Positions 26,450-36,094 of a stretch of DNA of 64,000 nucleotides are shown piece by piece. Each line of letters starts with the position of its first letter. Within the stretch, counting starts at the first letter, position 1. Position numbers and translations under genes: made by a program. Origin of the DNA: a virus (taxonomy: Duplodnaviria > Caudoviricetes); IMG/VR virus record IMGVR_UViG_3300047557_002497, positions 1,414 to 65,413 of that record; one strand, written 5' to 3'. Under the pieces are notes generated by a model. That model worked only from the letters and a program-made list of their open reading frames with translations, did not search any database and was not told the DNA's origin.

Positions 26450-27363
26450 TTTGGGAAATATCTAGAACGAGGTTTTCCTTGTCCTAAACGAACACGCTCA
26501 TACTTATCAAACTCACACAAACTGAATTGAATATCAGTTGGTGAGAGATAAGGAAATCCATCAGGAAGATAGTTGCTTTGTTCTTCAAACAATGTCATAA
26601 GAATTGACATCGCTTTACTGTTTGACATCTTCTTGGAGATATCAGCTAGTTCATCAAGAATTCGTGCAGCACCTCGTAGAGCTCCCGGTCCGATAGGCGT
26701 CCAGTCCCACCAGTCTTTTGGGAATGTAAATCTTCCATCAGGAGTTTCATCAGTAACTGCCCAAAAGGGACAATAAGTCGTGTCAAGAAGAATCTCCTTG
26801 GTCATGAATCCAGTTCCACCGAATCCATTGATCTTCATCATCTCTTCAGCTGTCAGTCTCCAGGATTGAGTTTTTGAAGCAATATCAACCAGACGACCAG
26901 CTTTTTCATGCAGAGCTCTAAGGAAGTAGTCTACTACAACCTCTTCTTTGGGCTCTGAGATTCCTTGGTTGGTAATCACGTATGCTCCAGTGAACACACG
27001 TAGATTTTCAGCAAATCTTTCTTTAGCTACAGATTTCACAAGTTCAAAATCATAAGCATCAAAAGTCTGCCAACCAACAGCTTCTGCGAATTCCCATGTT
27101 CCAAAATATCTGAAGGTTGCACAATTCATGAGAATTGTTTTCTTATCATCAGATTGAATCTTGCTGTAAAAAGATTCACGAAGTTTTGAAGACGTCTTGT
27201 CATGATGACGCCTAACATTGGTGAATTTATACATTGAGAGAATAGGATCAAAAGTCCACTTATTCTCGTCAAACCCAATGGAAGTATCCGCCTCCTTCCG
27301 AAGGCGGATATTCTCGCGCTCAATGATATAGTTAAAGAACGCGCTTGCTCTGGAAAGAAACAT
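26446..27363 (-). CDS. aGPT-Pplase1-type / 5-hmdU DNA kinase helical-domain protein
   Basis: ERENIR...WTFDPIL..YKFTNVRR..D, FTGAY, GPGALRG, LCEFDKY.R. Confidence 0.8.
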   Translation of the reverse strand: MFLSRASAFFNYIIERENIRLRKEADTSIGFDENKWTFDPILSMYKFTNVRRHHDKTSSKLRESFYSKIQSDDKKTILMNCATFRYFGTWEFAEAVGWQTFDAYDFELVKSVAKERFAENLRVFTGAYVITNQGISEPKEEVVVDYFLRALHEKAGRLVDIASKTQSWRLTAEEMMKINGFGGTGFMTKEILLDTTYCPFWAVTDETPDGRFTFPKDWWDWTPIGPGALRGAARILDELADISKKMSNSKAMSILMTLFEEQSNYLPDGFPYLSPTDIQFSLCEFDKYERVRLGQGKPRSRYFPK

Positions 27364-28103
27364 TACGAAGCCGTGGCTTCATCAGCAGGTTTCGCAACAG
27401 CGGCATCGGCTTCTGCTTTCTTCGCAGCAGCAGCATCAGCTTTTGCTTTCTCAGCAGCAGCTTTCTTTTCAGCAGCCTCAGCCTTGCGCTTTTCAGCAGC
27501 TTCCTTGTTGGCAGCTTTCTTCGCAGCAGCTTCTTCAGCTTTGGTGATTTTCGCCAGATCAGGGTCAGGAACGCCTTTCTTGGTGAAGTAGGCAGCACGA
27601 CGTTCTTTGTATTCCTCGTCGGTCGGCTGATGGACTTTCATCAGACCTTTTTCTTCCCAATTGTAGATGTCCCAAGCCAGCGTGCCTTCGCCCTCGATTG
27701 CATCGATGATTAACATGCCATCTTTGTAATTCGGCCAGCGATGAGCACGATCTTCTTTGCCAGTGTGCTGAGCAATGATCTCAACTTTGGCAAACATCTT
27801 GCGAGTCGGGCGTTTCACGAACTGAGATTCAGCAGGCTTTGCCAGACCACGAACTTTCGGCTCTTTCGGCTCTTTGGTTTTCTTGACTTCAGCTTGAGGA
27901 GCCGGGTCTTTCGCGCTTTCTTCGGCATACTTGGTCAGTGCCTTGAGGGTCTGAGCAACAGCCGTGTCATGGTTCGGGAAAGAGCGAATTGCGCTTGCAC
28001 CAAGATTTGATGCCACAAGATTGCGAAGTTCGAGAAGCTGATCAATCCCGAGCGCCTTGAGATCTGCTTCGTCATATTCCTGTTCAAGGAACTTGATCTT
28101 CAT
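27363..28103 (-). CDS. hypothetical protein with Ala/Lys/Glu-rich tail
   Basis: Own promoter and GGAGA RBS; AEEAAAKKAANKEAAEK tail. Confidence 0.75.
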   Translation of the reverse strand: MKIKFLEQEYDEADLKALGIDQLLELRNLVASNLGASAIRSFPNHDTAVAQTLKALTKYAEESAKDPAPQAEVKKTKEPKEPKVRGLAKPAESQFVKRPTRKMFAKVEIIAQHTGKEDRAHRWPNYKDGMLIIDAIEGEGTLAWDIYNWEEKGLMKVHQPTDEEYKERRAAYFTKKGVPDPDLAKITKAEEAAAKKAANKEAAEKRKAEAAEKKAAAEKAKADAAAAKKAEADAAVAKPADEATAS

Positions 28104-28155
28104 GGTGTTTCTCCGTTTCTACTGTTGATATGGCGTTCTTGCCACCAATATTCAG

Positions 28156-28184
28156 ACTTTAACCCGTCTGAACAAAGATGGCAA
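28156..28184 (-). promoter_or_regulatory. promoter TTGCCA-N17-TAAAGT
   Basis: Intergenic, upstream of 27363..28103. Confidence 0.55.
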
Positions 28185-28207
28185 GCACTTTTTATCAATT
28201 CGTGACA

Positions 28208-30088
28208 TTAATCTGCACAGGCACCAGTCTTACGACCAAACTCATCAAGAGAGCAAGCGCCGGAGAACCCATCTTCCTCTTGCAGCATAGTCAGTTCTTG
28301 TATGGCTTTGACTTCAGCTTTGACTTCTTCAATTGCTTTGATTGGTTCATCATAGTTTCCATTCGGTCGATAAGTCGTGCAACCCTTGGCTCCTTTATCA
28401 TGAGCCAACAGATACATATTCTTGAAGCTATCAAAAGGAAAGTCAGTCGGAACATTGCAAGTCTTACTGACAGCACTATCAACGTTCTTTTGAGCAGTGC
28501 ATAGAACATTGATATGTTCTTCAGCAGTGATTCCACCGTTCTGAACAGTTCTTCCACGAACATCCAGATAAGTGACACCATAGTCAGGAATAATGACCTT
28601 GATCTTGCCTTCTTTCATTATCACTGAACGTTCTTGTTCATAAGCAATGACTGGCTCAATACCAGACGAAACATTGTCTGCATACAGAGAAATTGTTCCT
28701 GTCGGAGCAATAGAAGTCAGATGACTATTTCTGATTCCATACTTCTTGATCATTTCTTGAGTTTCTGGCCAGAGAGTCTTGATGAACTGTCCTTTCAGAT
28801 AGTGCTCTGCACTATAGAGCGGAAAGCTTCCTTTTTCTTTAGAAAGCATTGCAGAAGCTTGATAGCATTTGTTTGCGATAAATGCCAACAGTCTGTCTTG
28901 GAAATTGACAAAAGCTTCTGTTCCATATGGGAAACCAAGAGCTTCCAAAGCATTCGCCAAACCAGTAACACCGAGACCCATACGTCTCTTTCTTTGGGCC
29001 TCCAACTTCTGCTCTGGAAGTGGATATCTGCTGCGATCAATCACATTGTCCATTCCACGGACTACATGGGGAATGTCTTTCTCAAGTTGATCCCAATTGA
29101 AAGCATAGACTCGTTTCCCATCTTTATCAACTCCGAGCTGATAAAGATATTTCACAACGTTGAATGACCCAAGAAGACAAGCACCATATGGAGGAAGAGG
29201 CTGCTCACCACAAGGATTGGTTGCTGCAATCTTCTCACAATACCACAGGTTGTTCATTCTGTTGATTGTATCAATGAACAGAACTCCAGGCTCTGCCCAA
29301 TCATAAGTGCCACGCATGATCATGTCCCAGAGAGCGAGTGCATCAACTTCTCTGTATTTCTGATCACCGAATTTGAGTGTGAAGGGTTTGCCAGAAGCAA
29401 CACAATCCATGAAATCGTCTGTGATTGCAACCGAAGTATTGAAACCACGAAGAGGACGAAAATCCCAGGGAATGCTTTCATCAGTAACTTGTTTTGCACG
29501 AATGAAAGTTTCAATATCAGGATGATCTACTCGAAGAACGAGCATCTGTGCTCCACGACGATTTCCTGCTGATGATGTAGCTTTGCAGACAGCATCATAG
29601 ATTGGAGCAAATGCTAGAGGTCCATCTGTGAGTGACTGAACACCTCGGATCATATCACCTTTTGGTCGTAACGTGCTGATGTCATATCCAACACCGCCAC
29701 CTTGTCTCATCGTGATTGCAGCGAGTTTTGCTACGTCCATAATGGATTGAGAATTGAAATCCCAGCCATTACCTTTCTCAATCAACTTCTCTTCTTCTGT
29801 CGGACCATCTGTGAAACTGTCGTGAATTGTCGGCATCACGAAGCAATTGTAGAGTGTCACATTCTTGAGGCTACCTGCTCCAGCTATGACTCTACCGGGC
29901 GGTGAATATCTCTGTTCAAGAAGAGTATCTCGAAATGCCATATAGTGTTCGTGATTGTCTTGAAGAAAACCAGCGACACGATTCATCGCTTCTCTGTGAT
30001 CCTCATTCTGTCCACGATACTTCTCTGCTCCAATTGCGTCACAATGTGGATTCTGCGGTCCGACCATTTTCTTAACCCTCTGGTTCAT
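28208..30088 (-). CDS. nrdJ: class II (B12-dependent) ribonucleotide reductase
   Basis: NCFV, GGGVG, TNPCGEQPL, APTGTIS; C-terminal Cys pair; no nrdB nearby. Confidence 0.9.
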   Translation of the reverse strand: MNQRVKKMVGPQNPHCDAIGAEKYRGQNEDHREAMNRVAGFLQDNHEHYMAFRDTLLEQRYSPPGRVIAGAGSLKNVTLYNCFVMPTIHDSFTDGPTEEEKLIEKGNGWDFNSQSIMDVAKLAAITMRQGGGVGYDISTLRPKGDMIRGVQSLTDGPLAFAPIYDAVCKATSSAGNRRGAQMLVLRVDHPDIETFIRAKQVTDESIPWDFRPLRGFNTSVAITDDFMDCVASGKPFTLKFGDQKYREVDALALWDMIMRGTYDWAEPGVLFIDTINRMNNLWYCEKIAATNPCGEQPLPPYGACLLGSFNVVKYLYQLGVDKDGKRVYAFNWDQLEKDIPHVVRGMDNVIDRSRYPLPEQKLEAQRKRRMGLGVTGLANALEALGFPYGTEAFVNFQDRLLAFIANKCYQASAMLSKEKGSFPLYSAEHYLKGQFIKTLWPETQEMIKKYGIRNSHLTSIAPTGTISLYADNVSSGIEPVIAYEQERSVIMKEGKIKVIIPDYGVTYLDVRGRTVQNGGITAEEHINVLCTAQKNVDSAVSKTCNVPTDFPFDSFKNMYLLAHDKGAKGCTTYRPNGNYDEPIKAIEEVKAEVKAIQELTMLQEEDGFSGACSLDEFGRKTGACAD

Positions 30089-30090
30089 TG

Positions 30091-31329
30091 TTACATCCTT
30101 ATGATGGTCACGTTTTCAGCGGCACGAGTAATCGCAGTGTATAACCAGCGATGTCTCTGCTCCTTAAAAACGAAAGACTCATCGAAGACACATACACTAT
30201 CCCACTGAGAACCTTGGGATTTGTGAACTGTCAGCGCATATCCATAATCAAATTCTTGGGCGTTTGTTCTAAGCCAGTATTGTTTCTCTAGGTCTTTTGA
30301 TCTACCTAGGAAGTGTTGTTCAAGAGCAGCAACCTCAATGCTGAAAATGCTGTCATCTGGATGAACGGAAAGATGAACTTTTCCATCCATTACTCCACGA
30401 ACATCACTTACATTGAAGATTGCGCCATTTAGCAAGCCTAACTCAGCATTGTTCTTTAGACAAACCAAACGGTCACCGATCACAGGATAAGCATCATCGA
30501 TACCTTTGATTCTACGAATTTTTGTGTTCGCAGAATATCTTGTGTCGTTCTTACCAACTAGGATTTGATCAAAGGATAAAATCCTTTCCTCATCCAGTTT
30601 TGTTCCTTTTGGGAGAACATGACAGTTTTCACCATAGTCTCCTAGCTTAAGATAATTTCCATTTCTGACTTCTGTAGCCATTCTCAGAATTGGTGACTCA
30701 GCAGCCTGACGATGAACTTCGTCAAGCATGAAATCTGGAGCAACGTTCTCTGTGAAGAAGCCAGTGCTCGCTACAGGTGGAAGTTGAGCAGGATCACCCA
30801 ATACAAGGACAGGAGTTCCAAAGTAGAGAAGATCAGCACCCATCTCATGTCCAACCATAGAGCATTCATCAATTATGATTAGAGCACTATCTTTGACGAT
30901 GCTATCTTCATTCCTGGTGAACGTTGGTTGAGAAACATTCTTCGTCTCTAGATTGATTGCTTTCCTGAGCTCATCAACCTTTGGGTGTTTGTCGATGAAT
31001 CCTTGTCCATATTCTGCTAATTCTTTTAACAGATTAAGCAGATCGTTTTCAAGTTGCTTCAATCTAGAAGTGCTTTTGTCTCTGGTATGATAAATCAATG
31101 AGTGAATCGTAGCAGCACCATCACATCCTTTTTTACGAAGAACATGAGCAGCTTTTCCTGTGTATGCTGCGAACAGAACGTCACCATCAATTCCCTCAGC
31201 TAAATGTTTAGCGAGAGTTGTTTTTCCAGTTCCAGCGAACCCAAATAAACGGAAGACCTGATTTGAGCTCGATTCATACCAATGCTTTACAGCGAGCAAA
31301 GCCTCGTCTTGTTGTTGTGAAAATTGCAT
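30091..31329 (-). CDS. Dda/RecD-like SF1B helicase
   Basis: GFAGTGKT, DECSM, GDPAQLPPV, YALTVHKSQGS, YTAITRA. Confidence 0.9.
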   Translation of the reverse strand: MQFSQQQDEALLAVKHWYESSSNQVFRLFGFAGTGKTTLAKHLAEGIDGDVLFAAYTGKAAHVLRKKGCDGAATIHSLIYHTRDKSTSRLKQLENDLLNLLKELAEYGQGFIDKHPKVDELRKAINLETKNVSQPTFTRNEDSIVKDSALIIIDECSMVGHEMGADLLYFGTPVLVLGDPAQLPPVASTGFFTENVAPDFMLDEVHRQAAESPILRMATEVRNGNYLKLGDYGENCHVLPKGTKLDEERILSFDQILVGKNDTRYSANTKIRRIKGIDDAYPVIGDRLVCLKNNAELGLLNGAIFNVSDVRGVMDGKVHLSVHPDDSIFSIEVAALEQHFLGRSKDLEKQYWLRTNAQEFDYGYALTVHKSQGSQWDSVCVFDESFVFKEQRHRWLYTAITRAAENVTIIRM

Positions 31330-31349
31330 GTCATCTCCGAAGACAGTTA

Positions 31350-31371
31350 GGGCGGGACATTACTCCCGCCC
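31350..31371 (-). terminator. GC hairpin GGGCGGGA-(N6)-TCCCGCCC
   Basis: Intergenic inverted repeat after 31380..32240; weak U tract. Confidence 0.4.
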
Positions 31372-31379
31372 GGTTGAAA

Positions 31380-32240
31380 TCAGAACGGGATTTCGTCTTC
31401 GTTCTTCGTCGGAGCAGGACCACTGGTTGAACGACGTGCTTGTTCAACTTCAGTCTCTTCACCAGTGTAGTCAGGTTTCGCAAGACCACCTTTGATCATG
31501 TCTCTGAATTTCAGAGCCTCGCTCAGCAGCATCTCACCTTCTGGTGTTGCAGGATTGATCAGAGATTCGCGCCAAGAATCTTTCAGTGGAGCAACTCTGT
31601 AGTTGTAAGAAGTTCCACTCTCTCTCTTTTCCATTGCAGTCGAGATCTTTGCTCTGTTTGCATAGATCGGTGGAGCACCTTTCAATCCATACATCGCACT
31701 GATGAAGTCTTTGTAGACTTTGATCTTCGTAGAAGTGAAGCTCAGAACACAGAAGCCTTCAATCGATTCACCAGCTTGGTCAAGAATGAGACAGTAGATG
31801 TAGAAAGTCTCGACCAGTTCATTTCCAGCAGGAGATTTGAAACTGATGCGCTTGTTTTCTGCATCTTTCGGAGGAATTCTTGAGCCACCATTGGCCTTGA
31901 TCACGTCAAGGAAAATGTCAGATTCAAGACTGTGACGTCCAGCGATACCACCGCCCTTGCTTCTGGGAATCCATTCCACAACAGCTTCTTCACGATGCAC
32001 CGGAATAATGACAACCGGCTGTGAAAGAATTTCACGTGTCACAGAATTCAGGAGATCACCAGCGCGACAACCTTCGATTTGATTTTCGACGATCTCAGGA
32101 GATGTCGGTTGGAGAACGTTGATGAAAGGAATTGAGAGGTCATTGATACCAATGCCTTCAAATCCCTCATGAGCATGATCCCCATAGTCATAGGCTTGGA
32201 TCTGGGCGGTCTCTTTTTTCGCAACTTCTGTGCCAGCCAT
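31380..32240 (-). CDS. putative ssDNA-binding/annealing protein
   Basis: DLSIPFINVLQ..SP N-terminus; acidic NEDEIPF tail; replication context. Confidence 0.6.
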   Translation of the reverse strand: MAGTEVAKKETAQIQAYDYGDHAHEGFEGIGINDLSIPFINVLQPTSPEIVENQIEGCRAGDLLNSVTREILSQPVVIIPVHREEAVVEWIPRSKGGGIAGRHSLESDIFLDVIKANGGSRIPPKDAENKRISFKSPAGNELVETFYIYCLILDQAGESIEGFCVLSFTSTKIKVYKDFISAMYGLKGAPPIYANRAKISTAMEKRESGTSYNYRVAPLKDSWRESLINPATPEGEMLLSEALKFRDMIKGGLAKPDYTGEETEVEQARRSTSGPAPTKNEDEIPF

Positions 32241-32310
32241 GATGGCTCCTTTCGGCTATCGTTGATTGGAATGCTTCCAAGCTCACCACTATCCTAGGTG
32301 ACAGGATGGA

Positions 32311-32868
32311 TCATTTCTTTTCCTTGATCTTTGCGATACGCTGAGGATACACGCCAAAGAGATCACGAGGAATGTCGTCGCCTTCTTTGATACGCTCTTT
32401 CACCCAGGAAAGCATTGTCATGTGATGAACATCAAGGTCTTGTTTGATGACGACAGGATTTTCGAAGTTGATCTGTTGAATTTTCTCAACAAGAGTATCA
32501 GAACCTTCTTTGTCACCACGAGAGAATTCAACAACAACTGCTCTCTTGACAATAGAAGAATATCCGTGTTCATCGAGCCATTTGATTGCTGGAGCTTTTC
32601 TTTCTCCACCAATGCTTGCACGAATTTCTTCTTTGACGGTGATTTCTCTTCCATCACCAATATCGAAGGTTCCGTCCATACCTTCTGTCAGTTTTGGGAT
32701 CCTAATCTCAACGAGGTCTCTTCGGAGATTACTCAATCTTTCAAGTTCTGTGTTTGTATTTTCAATATCAGCATCGATTTTGATTAGCTCATCTGCCATC
32801 TTTTGCAGTGAACGCTTGAATTCTGAGTCTGGCTCTTCTCTGAACTGTGCATATGGATCTGACATCAT
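32311..32868 (-). CDS. phage replication-module protein
   Basis: AIKWLDEHG...VHHMTMLSWVKE; GGAG RBS. Confidence 0.65.
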   Translation of the reverse strand: MMSDPYAQFREEPDSEFKRSLQKMADELIKIDADIENTNTELERLSNLRRDLVEIRIPKLTEGMDGTFDIGDGREITVKEEIRASIGGERKAPAIKWLDEHGYSSIVKRAVVVEFSRGDKEGSDTLVEKIQQINFENPVVIKQDLDVHHMTMLSWVKERIKEGDDIPRDLFGVYPQRIAKIKEKK

Positions 32869-32918
32869 TTGCTCCTGCTAGACACAATAAATACCATATG
32901 TTGTGTTCAAAGACAAAT

Positions 32919-33266
32919 CTAATATATCTTCGTCACAACTTCTATGTATCTATCATTTCTGCCGCTCCACTGTAATAGCTTCACTGAACCATTATTATAG
33001 TGAGCAGCGATAGCTGTCGCCATACCAATGAGAGCAGGATTTCCTATAAGAAGAAGATGATCATCATCGGAGAAGTCTTTCAGCTTCTCATGCATGTCAC
33101 CTAATACCAAAGGAGGATCAAATGGATGCGCAGAAGGTGAGAGAAGATAGACCATCTTCCCCCAACTCTCAGCCTTATCTATAGATGAAAATCGTGGAAC
33201 AAGCTCTTTGGTCGCTTGATCATATTTCATCTGTTGCTGAATGACAAAGACTGTCATTATATCCAA
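32919..33266 (-). CDS. hypothetical protein
   Basis: DDHLLLIGNP...LLQW; coupled to the helicase. Confidence 0.65.
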   Translation of the reverse strand: MDIMTVFVIQQQMKYDQATKELVPRFSSIDKAESWGKMVYLLSPSAHPFDPPLVLGDMHEKLKDFSDDDHLLLIGNPALIGMATAIAAHYNNGSVKLLQWSGRNDRYIEVVTKIY

Positions 33267-34732
33267 TCTCCTTGATCGTCTTCAAGAATCTCATTTGAAA
33301 CGTTTCTCTTCGTTCTGAGATTGTTGACGATGTGCTTATCAATTGCACAATCACCAAGAATATCGATATAGTTCACAGATTCATCATCCATACCACCACG
33401 ATGGTTTCTGTCTTCTGATTGGACTCTGTCAATATATCTAAACGAGTTAGAATAATAGACAGTTGTTTTCGCCACGGTCAGAGTTAGACCTGACCCTCCC
33501 TTTTGGGCATTTCCGACGAACCATTTCTTATCGCCGTGCTGGAATGCCAGCTTGTTCCTTTCAGCTTCATCAGGGGTTAAAGTTCCATCATACCGAACAG
33601 CATCTTTTCCAAGAAGATCCATCAACTGATCAATATCATGCTTGAATCTAGCCCAAACAATGCCAGGACGGTAGACCTCGTCGCGAATTTCCTCCATCAC
33701 TCCAAGACGAGGATTCTTGTCTGAGAACATATGGACTGGTTCATCAATACCGACTGGGACATAGTTGCAAGCGATTTGTTGATATCGCAGCATTGCCACA
33801 ATTGGAAGATCAGCACTGATGATATGATCACCAATTTCAAGGATCAAGTTTTCCTTGAGTTCTTCCATCGCAGCTTTTTGCACAGACGACAGTTCAAAGT
33901 ATCGTTTGGAGTATATCTTGGACGGAAGATCAAGAACATCTTTCTTCAGACGTCTATCAGAAATTTCCTTGAGCCATTTCTGGAGTTTTTCAATATTCTG
34001 ATATCCGAGAAGCTTGTCATATCCAGGATCGTAGCCTTTCAAACGTTTAACGTCTGCAGCGAGTTCCCATTGACCGAAGAAGTTTCTGAAGTCGACTGAT
34101 CCACCATGGATACCGTGATTCTTCCAGAACCACTCATCCAGAAAATTGATCTGACTGTAGAGATCGAATGGCCCAATGGAGATAGGAGTTCCAGTCAGGA
34201 TTCTGCGATACTTCGCATACTTGCCAGCAGCGATAACTCTCTTTGTTCTCTTGGCATTTGGACTTTTGATATTGTGTGCTTCGTCAAGAACAAACATACA
34301 TTCGCGATTTTGGAGAAAGCGCCAGACCAGCTTCTTTCCTTCTTCTGACATGATTGCATCATAGCTCATCAAAAGGATTGAGAGACCATCATGCCTGAAC
34401 AGACTTTCCATCTGTCTCTTATGTTCTTGAGTATGCTTTTTGTGATTGTTGAAAACCTGAACTCTGATATCAAGAGAAAGGTCTATTGGCATGTGAGTTG
34501 GAATTTCGTCACTACGCCAGTTTCTTTCCACACCAGAAGGTGCGACAACTAGAAGACCATTGATCTTCTTTTGTGAGTATAAAATTGAGGCATTGTCAAT
34601 GATTGGTTTTGTCTTGCAGGTGCCTTGTTCCCATAGAAGACCCCATGCTTTGTCGTCATAGTGGTTGTTCAAAAACTCAACCTGATGTTCGAAAGGTTTG
34701 AGTTGGTGAGGATAGTTTTCCGGTGTGAACAT
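33257..34732 (-). CDS. SNF2-family (SF2) helicase
   Basis: EQGTCKT, DEAH, LTGTP, GGSGLTL, QSEDRNHR. Confidence 0.9.
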   Translation of the reverse strand: MFTPENYPHQLKPFEHQVEFLNNHYDDKAWGLLWEQGTCKTKPIIDNASILYSQKKINGLLVVAPSGVERNWRSDEIPTHMPIDLSLDIRVQVFNNHKKHTQEHKRQMESLFRHDGLSILLMSYDAIMSEEGKKLVWRFLQNRECMFVLDEAHNIKSPNAKRTKRVIAAGKYAKYRRILTGTPISIGPFDLYSQINFLDEWFWKNHGIHGGSVDFRNFFGQWELAADVKRLKGYDPGYDKLLGYQNIEKLQKWLKEISDRRLKKDVLDLPSKIYSKRYFELSSVQKAAMEELKENLILEIGDHIISADLPIVAMLRYQQIACNYVPVGIDEPVHMFSDKNPRLGVMEEIRDEVYRPGIVWARFKHDIDQLMDLLGKDAVRYDGTLTPDEAERNKLAFQHGDKKWFVGNAQKGGSGLTLTVAKTTVYYSNSFRYIDRVQSEDRNHRGGMDDESVNYIDILGDCAIDKHIVNNLRTKRNVSNEILEDDQGDWI

Positions 34733-34762
34733 ATTTTCTCCTTTTCTACATTCTTATAGCCC

Positions 34763-34790
34763 ATTATAAGCACTTTGGCAATACTGGCAA
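34763..34790 (-). promoter_or_regulatory. promoter TTGCCA-N16-TATAAT with -35 box inside an iteron
   Basis: -10 at 34763-34768; -35 at 34785-34790. Confidence 0.55.
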
Positions 34791-35040
34791 TACTTAGACT
34801 AACAATCTTGATCTATGTATTGTCAGAGATATTACCTCTTTTTACCTTTATTTACAACAGCTTAAAGAGCTTTGACAATACTGGCAATACTGACAATACT
34901 AAAAACGCTGCTGCAACAAAACTTCCAAATGCTGGCAACCCTTGGGCATGTATTGCCAGTATTGCCAGTGATGTCAGTGATACTTTTCATGAACAAAAAC
35001 AATAGGTTAAGATTTGCTCACTGACATCACTTGACATCAC
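34776..35040. repeat. iteron-like 9-bp repeat array B, homologous to array A
   Basis: TGRCAATAC triplet 34873-34899; inverted triplet 34950-34976; further copies at 34776, 34785, 34817, 35022, 35032. Confidence 0.8.
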
Positions 35041-35549
35041 TAACCTTCCATCAACTCAAAGTGTGGTCCATCGATGAAGTCAGGACCAGGATGAGTTTCT
35101 TTGTATCTGTCAACAGCCTTTATGATGTCTTTCAAAGAATTGCCATAGTCATTCAGGCATTCATACCAGTTCCCACCCCATTTGATTTTCACGTTGTGAA
35201 TCTTGGCGGCTTGAGCGACAGCATGACCGATCTTGTAGTAATGATTCCAATCATCGAAATCCCACTCTCCGTTGACCCAAGCAGTGAAGTCAACAGAGTG
35301 ACCTGTTCCGTCTGAAGTTACTTGATGATTGGATTTGTTCTTGTATCCATCTTTATCAGTGACCCGTTTCCCAGGTTTGGTTCTGCCTTGCTGATAAAGC
35401 TGATTTTGTTCGAATGCTGTTCTGACAGCTTTCTTTTGGACACCGAAGTCTACTTCGGAAAGACTGATCGCTGTATTTGCAACTGTGATCAGTTTGGGAT
35501 TAAGCCCGGCCATATTTGCGATCGAGGCTTTTCCAAATTTAAAGATCAT
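35040..35549 (-). CDS. endolysin, M15-family (L-Ala-D-Glu) peptidase
   Basis: R...Q..LY.QGR, SNH, SVD, WGG.W, DGPHFEL. Confidence 0.9.
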   Translation of the reverse strand: MIFKFGKASIANMAGLNPKLITVANTAISLSEVDFGVQKKAVRTAFEQNQLYQQGRTKPGKRVTDKDGYKNKSNHQVTSDGTGHSVDFTAWVNGEWDFDDWNHYYKIGHAVAQAAKIHNVKIKWGGNWYECLNDYGNSLKDIIKAVDRYKETHPGPDFIDGPHFELMEG

Positions 35550-35934
35550 CTTTGTTCCCCCAAAGTTTGTGTGGATAGAATACAGCAGTCAGGATATTGT
35601 ATTTTCCAGGAGACTGCTTATTGACCAGAAGCCAATATCCTTTGAGCTTGAACCAGCAGCCGATGCAGATGAGAGCATTGAAAACCCAATTGATCATCCC
35701 ACGACTAACACCGATATCAGACCAAGTGAAATCGAACATCTCTGGAGTAATGTCCCAGAAAAGCAACCTGAGAATCTGGAATGATGCAAGCATCCAAATT
35801 CCAATTCCAAGGTAGTCCATTGCCTCTTTTCTGTCTCTGTGAAAGTATCTCCTGAACCCAAAGGCAACAAGGAAGAGCATGAATATTGCCATGACTCCAG
35901 TTATCATAGTCAACACTTGAAAAAAGTTATTCAT
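35539..35934 (-). CDS. three-TM membrane protein (lysis module)
   Basis: Three hydrophobic helices next to the endolysin. Confidence 0.65.
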   Translation of the reverse strand: MNNFFQVLTMITGVMAIFMLFLVAFGFRRYFHRDRKEAMDYLGIGIWMLASFQILRLLFWDITPEMFDFTWSDIGVSRGMINWVFNALICIGCWFKLKGYWLLVNKQSPGKYNILTAVFYPHKLWGNKDDL

Positions 35935-36094
35935 GTTTTATCTGATCCCTGATTACTTCTGAAAGAGCTCGTGACAGTTGTTCGTGTATCTGTTCTCTTC
36001 TCTTTTTGAGATTCTCAAGATAAGCAGATGTCTCCTCTACCTTTTGATTGTCAGGCTTAGTCTTCAATGAAATATTCATTCCGAATATCATCAT
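35927..36094 (-). CDS. hypothetical protein (55 aa), not in ORF track
   Basis: Translated by hand (MMIFGMNISLKTKPD...); fills the gap. Confidence 0.5.
   Translation of the reverse strand: MMIFGMNISLKTKPDNQKVEETSAYLENLKKRREQIHEQLSRALSEVIRDQIKHE

Noticed and set aside
18406-28103. 7-deazaguanine (dpdA/que) modification
   Set aside because: No folE, queC, queD, queE or dpdA motifs recognised.
20623-30088. Introns or inteins in polA or nrdJ
   Set aside because: The ORFs are continuous and normal in length, with no splicing or homing-endonuclease motifs.
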